Part shown: piece by piece, positions 24,427 through 38,200 of the stretch
Layout: every line of letters begins with the position of its first letter
Numbering within the stretch: position 1 is the stretch's first letter
NCBI GenBank assembly: GCA_965637545.1
Contig: OZ281495.1
Coordinates: 4,340,001 to 4,404,000, forward strand
Direction of reading: 5' to 3'
Length of the DNA stretch: 64,000 nt
Origin: Phallusia mammillata
Lineage: Eukaryota
Position numbers and translations under genes: made by a program
Notes under the pieces: generated by a model
The model's input: the letters and a program-made list of their open reading frames with translations, nothing else
What the model was told of the DNA's origin: nothing
The model's database searches: none

Positions 24427-27400
24427 ATGTTCAAATCCTTCGTGTTGATTATTTGGTGTGGATTATCTGCCAGTTGGTGCAGCGTAGATAGTGAAGGTAT
24501 GTTTCAGCAAAATGGGCAGATTAAGTAACATGACAAAACAAACAGAAAAGAAAATGTTTTAGTATCGTTATCGAATTAAAGGTCATTTTTATATTGGTGC
24601 GAACTTACGGCCTATTAAGTTGTAAGAAAATCATTTGGGACTTTATTCATATTTTTTATAACTTATATAAACGGTTTTGCTTGACATAGTTTTGTATACA
24701 CTTGTGAGCCAGATTTTAATTGTCATCAGTGGCGCAGTAACGATCAAAGCGAAAAAAATAATATGTGAAGAAAAGCAATCATTGCGATAAAATACTAGCC
24801 AACTAAACCACCCAAATAGCTTATGGTGTCAACCACTGTGGTTTTTGGTTAACTTAAAGAAGTGAAAATGTTTAGATTGCAGTTGTGCCTATACTATTTT
24901 CTCACCGAATTCCACGACATGGGGATCGCAATACAAAGGAATATTATATACAGCCGAATTCTGCAATGCTGGTGAGGTGCAGTGGATAGTAAACTATCCT
25001 AATAATGAACATTGGGGTTCAGAAAGATCTGATGAAACTACATATCATAATCGAGAAACTGGAGAGTGGGAGCACATAAAGTTTAACTACAATGAATTTA
25101 ATTCGTCATTACAAAAAAATGAAAGTTGTATTATTACAACACTGGAAGTTGCTACACCGTTAAACCAGTCTTTTAACGGCACCAATTTACAATTAGCTTG
25201 CTCGTGTGTTTCTTGTATCGTCAATGATTTCATCATAAACATTCAAGGTAAAAAGTTACACCGGTTTTCGCCCCTATGTTATGTGCTTTACTGGATCATG
25301 TATCCAATTTAGGTTGCGGTCAAGCTTTACACGATGGCGTGAGGGTGATATCTTCAAATGGTTACGATTTTAATTCACCGGCAAACTTTAGTTGCCAGAA
25401 CAATGCAAAACTTTTCTATGCTAACGGAACGGAATTGAATGATACCGAAACTGTTTGCTTACAATCAGCTCAATGGTTTGGTCAGGAAGGATTACAATGC
25501 TGGAAAGGTTTGCTAAATTTAAAAGTTTAATATTTACCTTGTGCAAACAAATGCAACTTTGAATTTCTTATTTAGCAAACATATTTGCAGTTAAAAATAA
25601 ATAACAATATTGAAGTGGGAGCAGTGCAATTTTTATTTTACTTTTATTATTTCTACTATTAAAAGACGAATCCTCCAGAGCAATAAATATATCTTCTGTG
25701 TGTGTAGAGTGTCAGTAAAATGTTTAATGTCTTTTTTAGCACCAACAAATGTTACGTTGCAACACAGCTCGACATCTTGTAATGTGGTTGGTGAAACATT
25801 AAGTTTGTCATGTTTATACGACGATACATTGCCACAAGGAAATATGACAAGCTTTTTCATTGATGGTGAAGTTCACAATGTTACAAAAGTTGAGTAACAA
25901 AATCTTTAAAAAAATGATTTTTGTTCATTTAGTTTAGAGAACAGCAATCATTTATGTGGTTATAAGGTTATTTTTGTATTTAAGGGCAAATCACACTTAT
26001 TTCATCTTAAACAAGAACACAACGGTTCAAAGATATTTTGTCAAGCTCTAACGTCTTTTACAAATGTTTATTCCGAAACTGGAAGATCCGATGTATTTAC
26101 CATCAATGTATTCTGTAAGTTAAATTTAAGTGTTTTTCCACTGCATTTTTTGAATTTACCTGAAAACGTTTAGCACAACCTGGAAACGTGAAAGCAACAT
26201 TTGATACTTCGGATGGCATCATCAAGTTTGGTACAAAGGTGTTACTTAATTTGTTTCAAATCGTTCCACTTCATTGCACGAGTGACGTGAATTCCGCTGG
26301 CTGCGTTTGGAAGTTTAATAATTTTTCATTTTCTAACTCATGTGACGTTAGTCAACACTTCAACCAATCAGGTTTTTTCACGTGTAGTGTTTCAAATTGT
26401 GCTGGATCCGAAGAAAGTGAAAGAAAGCAAATAGTTGTTGTAGAATCAAGTAAGTTTGTATCGGTTTCGAGGCGTATGTAACCTGAATAAGACGTAGCGA
26501 AATATTTATTGCAGGAACAGCAAAAATTAATCAAACAAACTCTCCAGTTATTGAAGGACATACGTTGGTGTTGCACTGTGAGGTTGATTACCAAAAAGAG
26601 CTTAATACAACGTTTCAATGGATCACTCCATCGAACGGAGTCGCTTCCAATACATCAACTCTACGTGTAGACAATATTACTCGATTTGATGGCGGGAATT
26701 ATGTTTGTAGAACAAGTGACTTGTTTGAAAACTCTTATGTTGATATTCGTATCGATGTTCTGTGTAAGTTGATTTGCCTGGCAGCAACAGTTTATTTTAA
26801 ATTTTATTAAAGCACCGAAACGTCCTGTATTAAAAGTTGTTCCATGTATTATTCTTTTTTAAGATCAACCGTATGACGTATTACTCCTCACTCCAGAAGA
26901 CTCTGGCAATATCGTTCATACCGGTTCAATTATACTTATGAATGGAAATCAAGATTTGAAGTTAAATTGTGACAGCAATGCAAACCCACAAGCTAACTGC
27001 ACTTTTCAATTTGCTAACCACACTTCTGAATTTTTCGGCTCTTGCGAAACAACACAACATATAAATTCACAGCAATTAGCTTCTTGTTATGCTGCTAATA
27101 TGTATGGAAATGGAAGTTCACCAACTATGGAGTTGGTTGTACTTACAGAAAATAAAAGTCAGTATTTAAGTGTTATAGAAAATTAGCTGACCCTTAACGT
27201 ATACTTGGTTTTGCAGAAATGCCTGCGATAACAAACGACTCCAACAACTTGAATCAAATTACAACTCAACAAAATCTAACTTTGAACTGCAGTGTGTTGT
27301 ATCAAAATGAGCTGAATACGACGTTTCTATGGAAAATACCCTCAAGTAATCGGGACCCTGATCAACGTGGTTCTGTTTTAAATTTAAACAATTTGACAAG

Positions 27401-30400
27401 ATTTGACTGGGGAAATTACACTTGCATTACTGTCAATGATTTTGGAACTAGGCAAAGTATGGTGTTCTTGAATGTTTTATGTGAGTGTTTGCTAACTGAT
27501 GTACCAACACATTAGCCTACCTAGTGTTTACAAGTTGTTTTTTTGCTTAGTTCAACCAGGTTTTGAACAGGTCGAAGCTGTCAACTGCAGCTATAACGAC
27601 GTGGAACACGGAACCTGTCTGTTTCCTTTTTCTTCCAATCCTTCAGTTGATGACTGGATGCTAACAACTAATGGTAAACAGCTTGCTGTTGTTGATTCGA
27701 AATGACCTTTTTTGAAAGATGTAACAATATTGGATATTTTGCAGGCACAGAAGTTAACTGCCCATCTTGCAACATTATCGTTTATGAAGGAAACACTCAA
27801 CAAACATTTCATTTAAACCTAGTAGGTTCTTGTCTGATTTTAATCGGTGACCTTGTATCATTTGTTAAAATGTTTTGTTAAACACTGTGCCACATGAAAG
27901 ACTGTACAAAGCTAACAATACGAATCATTCCCTAAATCATGTTTCTGCTTTTCTATTTTAGGCCACATATAAACTGACGTATTGTTTTTGTTGCCCACAT
28001 GTCTTGATGTAAAATGTTTTATGTTCAAAATACCTAAGCAACGAAGTCAATAAAGACGATTCACTAAATAACTGGACGTAATGTTCTTGAAAAAAAAAAT
28101 ATTATTTTAGACAGCTGCAATGGATCAGAAATACAAGCTCAGCCTAAGATCGAGTTTATTTCCCGATGCACCGCTTATTGCTTACTTCTACGTTACTGGG
28201 AAGTCCAACGTAACCATTGCTCCAACTCCACCAGGCCCTGACGATCATATTATAGTAATAGCTGCAAGTGTTGTTGGAGGTATTGCGTTCGTTGCCATAG
28301 TGATTGGTGCAATCGTGTTTTTCTGCCGTCGAAATCACACTCCGAAGACAACAGGTAAAACATGTTATAAATATGAACGTTTTGTCTTGCGCAGAGTTTT
28401 GTGTAGTAAAGTGTACATCTCAGTTGTGACATTTAGTTCAAAGAATATTGCAACTACGTTTGCAAGCATGGTTAGCTTATTTAGATTCAATTGAAGTTTG
28501 CTGACTGCACGGTATCCAAACACAATAACAGTAATGCTGTCAAGTATACGCTCCAAGTATTTAGTTCTTGGTAGTGGGTCCATGCAAACAAATTAAAGCG
28601 AAGAGTCTAGGCCATGTCGTTCTAGATTTAAACAAAGGCTAGTTCAAAATTTGTGTGATACTGATTACCTTATACCGCCTGGACTTGCCGTAACGGATGT
28701 GTACAATTAAGTTGCTTTTCTACGACAGATATCACAGACAATACCTACCTAAGACCGTTTTAGATTATTATTGCTTGTTAATGTCTCTAAGACTACTTGT
28801 AACAGAAACTTTAATTTTTATTCGGGTTCATTGCCCCAGCTCTCTTATCTCATTTCCGCCACCTAATTTCCAATAACTAACATTTTCAGAACAAACGCCC
28901 AATGACGCGCCTCACGATGTGTACGCTGCAGTTAACCCCAAAACCAAAAGTGAGTCAAATTGCTATTTTGCTCTGACCAGACTTTTTTTAAAAATAATGC
29001 TTTATAGAAACCAAGGTTGAAACAGAAGAGCAAATAAATCCAATATACAGTGGCCAGGAGAATCCCGATGAAATACCGGAAGCATATGGTTCCACATCAG
29101 GTCATGATTTCACTATTTTTGTCTTGTTAAGAACACGCATTTAGCTAAGATAGATCTAAAGCATATGACGTATGACAGGCACCAACCGTGACCAGCAAAC
29201 CGTAAGATACATTCATACACGTCTAGTCAATGTCAATAGAAAACAAACAATAATTAATTATCTCATATTTTGTTATTTGACTGCAGGTTAATAAAATAAT
29301 GTTTGTGCTAATTTACTTTTTTGATCGTAAAAATGCAGAGAAAGAAGAAAGAGTCAATCCTGTATATGCATCGCATGCATTTCCTATGGAGGAGGAAGCT
29401 TATGCAAAAGTGGACAAGACTAAAAAAAACGAAGGTTGAATAGCAAAAATAAAATAATAAGTTTGTAAAAGTTGGTCTTGTTTAGAAAAAGAAGATAAAA
29501 TCAACCCACTTTACACATCCCACGATTTTACCGCTCAAGAAGAACCTTATGCCCAAGTTGATGTGACAAAGAAGAACAAAAGTAATCCATTATAATGTTT
29601 AATAATATATTTAATACTGTTTTAAAGACTCTAAGTTATATTTGCTTGCAGTCAAAGTCGAAAAGACCAACCCACTTTACCAAGCCTACCAACCACCTAT
29701 AGACGACTCCAATAGCAACGGTTTAAGTAGCAGTGAAGGTGGAATTGATTCAAAAGTTATTTGGCAATATTGGTTTAAATTTGAAGATTCATTGACAAGT
29801 TTCTGTAAAACCACATTTCAGCTGTACTTACTGTGTTTGTTGTTTTTCAAAACAGCCTCGGAAAAGAAAGAACAAATAAACCCTTTTCATGCCGCACCAC
29901 AGCAGCTAACTGGAGACATACAAGACGCATATGCCATGGTTGTAAAGAAAAAACGGCCTGCTGGTACAAAAAACTTGGTTATTTTGTGTTCAAAAAAATA
30001 AAATCACAATATGCTTTAAATACAGAAGACAGCGACGAAAAACAAGAAAGACTGAATCCTTTATATTCTGTTTCACATCAATCTTCATCTGGCGACACTT
30101 ATGCAACAGTCGACAAATTAAAGCAGGGTAAATGTCATGTACAACCTAAGTTAAACTAGTTATAAATAATTCAAAAACTATGGCCTAGACACCAAGGGAT
30201 CCCAAAAGAAAACCAAGAAACCTCCGATTAAAAAGAAGCCAGTCATGCCGCCTAAAAGTATGTAAAATTTATGCATTAGTATTTATAGGTGAATACATAT
30301 GTAATCTTTATTTGTTGCAGAGCAGCAGTATCCAACATCTGATCTGCATTCAAAAAACGTAAGCATTGTTGATGTTTTAAAAAAAACTCTTAACGTCATT

Positions 30401-30427
30401 TCCTGTTATGTTTTTTAGGATGTCTAG
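24427..30427 (+). CDS. Receptor E: full-length type-I receptor, SP + N-terminal domain + sushi + 5 Ig + membrane-proximal domain + TM + long repetitive NPxY/YAxV tail (about 1060 aa)
   Basis: 22 phase-consistent exons: 24427-24496, 24876-25247, 25313-25507, 25740-25888, 25985-26114, 26174-26449, 26515-26763, 26864-27157, 27217-27480, 27551-27673, 27745-27821, 28111-28354 (TM IIVIAASVVGGIAFVAIVIGAIVFFC, then RR), followed by tail exons 28890-28949, 29008-29100, 29339-29434, 29486-29581, 29652-29720, 29856-29963, 30026-30127, 30189-30257, 30321-30358 and 30419-30427. Confidence 0.85.
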
Positions 30428-32349
30428 CAATGTCCAGAACGCTCTTGCGATAAAGTAGTAGTGCAACTAGACATACTTTGTTTTTGTTGCAAGTGTATTT
30501 TAATTTGATCCATTGTGGGTTTCTTTATTCAAAATCAGTTATTTTTTAATTCAAAATCAAATAAATGCGTGTCCTTTTTGTAATACTTGCCTAGTTTCTG
30601 AGTTACAAAAACCTGTGACACCAACATCGTTGTGTACTGTGCTTAAGTGTTTCATACATGTTCATGTTGTGAATTTTTGTGCTGCTGTGTTGATATTTTC
30701 ATTACTTCATATTGCAGCAAACCTAATCCGAAATTCCACATTTACAAGATGCAAATGGGGCAATGATGTATATTGTGCTGTTTTTTGGTTTTAAAATTCT
30801 ACTTTACATTTCTAATTATCTTTTCAAATGCTTTGTCATTTGCTGTGTGTAGTTCTCTTCACAATATTACAATTTTATGCTTTTCACATTTTGCTTTTAT
30901 CGTGTTTATTAGGAAAAAAAACATTTGTAGAATTATTTTATAACGCACAGAACATTTAGTGGAACGTTGAAAAGTGTTGTAGAAATAATTCGGTTAAAGT
31001 TTTATGGGACTCACTAAAGTGAAAGCGAGTAGCTAAACCAAACAAAGAGTCTCACGATTCCAGCCGCAGTAAAGTTTGTGCCGCACGAAACCCATGGAAA
31101 AACACTTTTACGACAAATGCTGCTGACTGGTAGCAACTACTTTCAGTTCCTCCTTATTTACAAACCGTTTCTGAATTCTACACAACTTACAGTGCTTGTG
31201 ACCCTGACCGATTGGTTTCAGAAATTAGTACGAGAATTGCCCGCAATAGCATTTATTTGTGTCCTTTTTAGTCCCAAATCTAAACTTACATTACCCAAGA
31301 TTATAATTGACAACTTCTTTATATTCCAGTGATTCCCAACATGGCCTAAGTAAAACCGGTTGATAAAATTAGCTTGTCGGAAGAGTATTTTATCAGAACC
31401 CTATGTATAAGCTCAAGGCAGACAACCGCTGTGGCGTGCACAGTACAACGCTTGTAGTTTGTATTTCATAATCTACTTTTCTTACCAAGTATATGTATCA
31501 GTTTAAAATTTCCGTCATTTTTGTCGCTGGTTTACGATGGTTTGGATGCCCTTGTAACCGTAAATCCGTCTGATTTTTATCGTTCCTCGAAAAGCATTGG
31601 TCTGAAAGACTTTGTAGACTCTACTGACAGTAAAATCCGCTTACGTCAGAAAACTTTAGTTCTACATTAACGAGGGGACTGTTGCTGACTAAGTTAAATT
31701 TGGTTCATGGCCCAGTGGGAGTTGGAAAAGGGTGAACAGACGTTGGACTGTTGTAACCACTTTTTATACGTTCTATGAAAGGGCTATTACGATAACAGTA
31801 AGAATGACCAGCAACCGATACGGGATTTCGTAAAAGTTTTGTTACAAAGACAAACGTTCAAAAGCTGTTACATGTTTCTAGATTTTGTTTTGTTTTGCCT
31901 CTTTCCAACAACCGTACAGTTGTCCTATTCGATTTAATGTAATGTAATTGAAAAGAAACACTAGGTCTCCTAAATTAGGTCTAGAATCACAGATGTATTA
32001 CATTTATTTTGCTGTTCCCTATACCTTTATGATAAGATTCAAAAACAAAACTCTTGTGCTATAACTTTCAAAAGCAAAAACGCTAAACTACATGTGCGCT
32101 GTTGTTTATTGTGGTTTCTGTTGGAGAAATACTTTTGTTAATATAGCACATGTAAAGAAAAAAAAATTAATAATGGAATCGAATGTGTCTATCACGAAAC
32201 GTGTGACGTCTGTTGATACTCTGGTTGCAGAATTTTCATAACGGTTAAATTTAAAAATAAAAATATGTAATTTTCCTTTCAGTGTGCTGTGTAATTAGAT
32301 GAACCTTTGATCCAGTCATAAAACACATGAAGGAAAACGAAAGTAGTTA

Positions 32350-35270
32350 CATAATCTTGAAACGGCATTAGGTTCCAGTTCCTGTGACGCACATCAATTG
32401 TTGGCAAGTTTAATAAAACGTGTTTACAACTCGACACGAGAGAGTTTAACTATCTTTTGTGTGAATATCCGAGTTTTAGTGCCAAGCTGTTACGACAACC
32501 GTCGATAGCGGTTTTGCTATAAATAGTCTGGAATTTGTACACAGACAATGTGGTCACGAGGCAATAAAAATTATACTGCTTTGTTTGCGCACAAGTCTGT
32601 TGTTTAGCCTTTTCTCAGTTTTCCTGATACCCATGTTGCAATGCAAAGTCCAAAAGGGACGTGTTTAAAGTTTTTTTTTATTTTTATTTAAAAACCTACA
32701 TCTAACCCTATGATACAACATATTTGAGTCAAAATTAACTATAGAAAAAGTAAGCAACAGAAAAAACAAGGTATGGCGCGTTTCTTCTTGAAACTACATA
32801 AATTTGTCAATTCAAAGCAGATAAATTTTATGATTACAAAAAATGTGATAACTTGTAAGGCCAATCGTATAAGTGTTGAAAATGTTATTCTTTGCTACCT
32901 CTAGTGACAATGACGTGAATTGACAGTTTCAGGTGACTCAATAGCGACATTTTGTGGCGTAAACACCAGCAACTTGTGACAACCCCAGCCTGCAGACGAC
33001 AAGATTTTTAGTAGGATTTATTGATGATCGTTGCAAGTTTTAAAGTAATTATCGACATTTCTTTCTAATTTAGCACTTATTCCTCTATGATTTTAATTTT
33101 TATTAATTGCTGTTATACCAGGCTTAATTATAAGTTGTAAGTTAATTCAAATACAAGATAATGATATCCTGGTTAACATAATGTATAGTATAAACGTGGC
33201 TTGATATGGTTTTTACCAAACGATTTTTAAATATTACCTAGCTGAATCATCTTAATTGTACTATACAGCATTTTACTTTGGCAATGCGATATGTTACATT
33301 CAGTTTGGGGTACTGTCCTGTATTGGTATTCGAAAGAACTGCAGTAACAAAACGCAACGGCACAGCTATTTTATCTGTTATATGGTAAAGTCGAAACGCA
33401 AGTTCCAAAGTTGCTGTGCTTATCTTACGCCTTCTGATCACCACCCAGTGTTACTGCCAGATTGTGCTTTATGCGATGTAACACTTTGTAGCCACTGTTG
33501 AAGGAATGAGGTGTTGCATCGACGTACAAGACATTGATATTATCTTGCTTGTGAACAACAAGTTATGTATTTTGTTTGCCTAAACTAAGAATAAATTAGA
33601 CAGTTTGGATCAAAAAATAGCTTCGTCCTCTAGGCAAACATATTTTCTAATGCTAATTCAAAAATTGTGTTTACAAAAAGATTATTGTTCATATGGACCA
33701 AATGTGGAGACTATAAATTTGCCGTTTTTTCTTGATTTCTTGATTTCAAGAGCACGAAAGCGTAAAATTAGGTCGAAATAGTGTAATTTTTAATATAATC
33801 AGTTAAAAATTTGATGTGACATGTTGTTTATGCCTGCAAACTGTTACTTGACGATATAGTGAGAGCAATCTCACTGATTGTAACATTCCATGAACGCGAC
33901 CCGGTTATAAGCGCGGAAAAGCGGAAATCAATAAAAATCAGCAAACACAGGCAAATAAGATGTAACAGTTTCGACGAATTTCTGTTTGTCTTTTGTTTCA
34001 ATTCTTGCGAACCGATTTTGATTTCCTTCTTTTAAATCAGCTGTAACAACAACTTCAACCAACGAAAGTTATTACTAATATTATATGAATTAATTTTACG
34101 TTATTGAATGATAACTATTTCTAAATTTGGTAAGGTACCTGGCACACTGGTATACCACTTTAAGTATATTAAATATCATTTCTTTAGTTCAGAACAATAA
34201 TGTTCTTTAGATCAAGCTTTTTGATAAAAAACAAAAGAAAACGAAAGCAAAACTATATCTGTACAAGGTTATTGGTTCGAGTTCCTGTGACGCAAACCAC
34301 ATATTCGAAAATTTTATAAAAAAACTACTAACAATCTGAAACGGCAGCTCCCAAGGACCGTAGCGTTTTAACTATAATTTATATGACTTTACTGAGTTAT
34401 AGTGCCGAGCTGTTACCGCCATCGTCAATGGCGTTTGTACTATAACAGGCTGGCGTTTGTGCACAGATAATGCAATTAAAATTATACCGCTTTAATTGCG
34501 TCGAAGTCTGCGCTTCGGCCTCTTCTTGATTTACTAAAAAATCATAAATGGCAGCACAGCACAAAAATAGTCAAAGCATATCAAATCCTAACTGACACAC
34601 TATCCCAACATTGTGGCATCAAAATTAACCACAAAAGTTTGCTACACAATAAAATATGCCATATATCACACAGATTTAAAGTGGTTTGTTACAAAAGACC
34701 ACATAGCCCAAAAAATTGTACAAATAATAACCATGTTGAATTTTCAAATGCACAATATAAATAATTACGGACAATATAAATAATAAGTGTTCTACGTTAC
34801 ATATATAAATAATAAGTAATATTTTTTTTATTATTTAATAATAATAAATACACAATATAAATAATAAGTGTTCTAAGTTGCTGCACCCAGTGACAAAGAC
34901 TCGAACAGCAAGTTACTCAGCAGCGACACTTTGTGGCCAAAATACAACCAACTTGCGACAACCCCAGCCTGCAGACGACGACTTGTCTTGCGGGATTCAA
35001 TCATGACTAAAGCAATTTAAAAGTAATTAACGTGTATTTTGATAGAGGTTTGAAAACGAATGGCTGTTCCTACCCTATGTAGACGTAACAGAACCAAACT
35101 GTTATGATCTACTCTAAACCTATTGACGCATTGACAATGTGCACCAGAAATATATCATATAAACATGTTCTATATTTGAGTAAAAACTTGGACATTATTA
35201 AAAGACTGTTTTAACTTAACAAAGATTCAAAAACTGTTAACTTTAACAGAGTTAAAGTGCAGCCTAACTG
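32350..35270. repeat. Diverged tandem duplication (about 32350-33050 vs 34270-35050) with a further partial copy at about 49840-50630
   Basis: Shared blocks GGTTC(C/G)AGTTCCTGTGACGCA (32371, 34273), GGCAGCACAGCA (34550, 49870) and CAGCCTGCAGACGAC (about 32990, 34970, 50175). Confidence 0.7.
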
Positions 35271-38200
35271 CACTGTAAATGGTAGTCGTGGAAACTAACA
35301 CCAAAATTGGTGGTCCACAAACTCCAACCTAGGGTGGAGTTGCTTCCCACCTTTAGATAACGAAGGTGGTAAGTTCCACCTGTGAACTCCACCATAGTAG
35401 GTGTGAATTTGCCCCCATTGGTGGCAACCACCACTCAGCTGTCTGCACCACTATAGGGTGTCGGTATCTCCACCTGCAAAGGTGTTCCAGTACAACAGGG
35501 TTTCACAAAAGTTATTTGCAAAACAGGTTTCACAAAATTTACTTTGCACTTCGCTTACAGCTTGTTTGAAACACGCTGTACACCAATGTGACGATTTTTC
35601 AGTGGTAAATTTAGAATACAGCAGAAAAGTTGTAGAGACTTGACCAATTGTTTCGGAAAGCAAATGTCGAACAACCAATAGCTGCAGATCATTGCAACTA
35701 CGGCTTGTGGCAAATTAGGTGCAACACATAACTTCTTTCCACCAACAAACACCAAGTATTCTTTCATCCTCCTGCATATTATAAAACAAGTTATAACCCA
35801 CAGCATTTGCGCAAAATAGCATCATTTCAAAGTCAATTACAATTTAAAATAAAAATATTACTGGTACATCACCCATTGCTTAAACCGTACACATATTTTA
35901 AAACATGAAATTTAAATTAATATATACCTGTGAAATGTACTTGGTGATTATGATTAGGTTTAATAAGATTCTCCAGTCTCTGCAGCATTTTTGGTCACCA
36001 AATTTTTCCATGAATGTTTGCAATACATCTACTTTAAGAATCAATTCTGTTGCCAAAAATATCTGAAACAGACAAATCACTGGACATTCCAATTTCAATA
36101 AAATGGTTATTACATTAAAATGGGTACATTAAATATAATGTGAAAAGATCCACCTACCAAATTGATTTCATGAAGTGTTGGAAACTGCATGGTCTAAAAT
36201 GTCATTACTTGCTGCACCTCTTGCAATGATATTTCTCCAAAACTCGAATGTACACTTATGGCAGTCTTCTATTAAATCATGACTTGGATGTGGTTTGGCC
36301 AGCTCCAATTGTGCTATTTTAGAATGCAGTGCAACGGATTCCTCATCTTCAAAACTCTGTATGCAAACACACAATTTGGAACATAACCTCACTTTTGGTG
36401 ATTAACTGAAAATAAACCTATGTAACTTGCTAAACCTAGAAAACTTTTAATAAATATATGTACATACTCACATCTTTAAACAACCTCCTTGAAGAATCCT
36501 GCCTTTCTCGACCGCCATACTTTATTTTCATAGCAGCAATTTGCACATCTGAATGAAGGGGTCTTCTTATGTCTTTAAATCTTTGTCGCAAACTACAAAC
36601 CCATGTGCTCTACAAAACAAACCAAAATCAGTACTGTGCTGGGCAGAAATCTCGCACCTACTTACTATTGGACTGCTACTGTTTTGATCTTGCAATACTG
36701 GATATGCCTTTACTAATTCCATTAATACTGTTCTCATTTGTAAGGGTGATGGGTACCTGTAATTAATTTTTACAGTATTAGTAATATTTAATGTGTACGT
36801 TACAAGCTATTTTCAAACAAACTATATCACACTTACATATTATGTGGTAAAATTGAATCACAGACGAGTTGAACAATTTTGCTCCTAATTTTGTTGGTTA
36901 GTTTGCTTGGATAGTTGCAATCTTCCAAAGCATCACCAATGAGTTTTGGAAGCTTGTATCTAACCAACCATCCATCAGTTTCTACTGAGGGGGATGTAGT
37001 TGAAAGTGAAGATGAGGATGAAAGATGTGTTGCAGTCTCATTATCATTTTGTATCTCCGGTAAACAATCTGAAAATTATTTAATCGCATATTTCTAAGCC
37101 AAAATTGTACAAATACAAACAACATTAAGACATATTGTCACAATCAACATGAGTGTAAAACATTAACTGGTGTATTGTATTACATGCAAATACCTTTGAC
37201 AATAAGTTTGCCACTTTCTGGCAAATCTGTTAGATTATCTACATCCACCCAGTCATTAAACGTTTGTGAGTAAAGCTGAATTGAGAACGGATGGGTGATA
37301 TTGAATGTAGTCTCAATTTGATTGGTCACATCCAGTTTTGATATACAGGTTAATATCACTTTTCTCTCACCACAGGTCACATGATATTCCATATTTACTT
37401 TTTAATCTGCGAACAAAAATAACCTTAATGACGGTAACAAGGATGATACAGGAGATAAAAAGCAACCTAAATTATTATCTAAACATGCTCTTGCACATTA
37501 CATAAGCACTCACTGAAACGTTTGGAAATTAAACATGTCATATTTTACGAAACCACTATAACACCACCATTTAAACCGAAATGTAAAATATATTTGACAC
37601 CCTTTGGTTTGGTGAAGAATACTTTCTGGAGCAAAAGTTTATTGTGCAACACAATGGCGGCACAGTCACATGATGATGTTCATTTCTTAAATATTAAAGG
37701 AGTTTTTTTTAGAAATGCATTGGCAAACACACGTTTCAGTTTCATGTGGACATAAAATTCCAGCTTACATTGTTTTTTTATTTTGATCTGAGATTTGTCT
37801 TCAAATGTACATACTTTATCAGTTGCAAGAAAAACAACATACACAACTCACTTTTAATGAACCTACAAGTTGAATCTATATTGCTGATACATATAATTTT
37901 AAAAGGTATTTTTATACTTAACACAACCAATCCACAAGACCAACAATTACCAAATGCATATAAAATAAACCAAAAACTAATGGACAAGCAGTATTGTCTG
38001 AACCAGTGTTTCTTAACTAATTAGCTTGTGGGCCATATAGTAGTTTGTAAAGTGCTGATGTACCAATTATCAAGACCTGCTAGCCATACTGATGAGAAAG
38101 TGGGCCATTTTTTTCTAAAAAAACGTTGACTTGGTCACGCAATAAAATAGGTTAGAGTTACACAGGTCTACTACGCAACTCCATACATTTTAAAAACTTT

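Noticed and set aside
5810-30427. Assigning vertebrate gene symbols (CD22, SIGLEC, SIRP, PECAM1, hemicentin) or naming the genes fester/FcoR outright
   Set aside because: The sushi+Ig order and N-terminal domain match none of the vertebrate genes I know, and homology to Botryllus genes could not be tested without a search.
31000-32300. Possible gene or RNA in the region after E
   Set aside because: No convincing ORF, splice-consistent exon chain, or tRNA/rRNA signature seen.
34755-34875. Short repeats of ACAATATAAATAATAAGTG as a regulatory array
   Set aside because: Low-complexity AT-rich local duplication with no supporting context.
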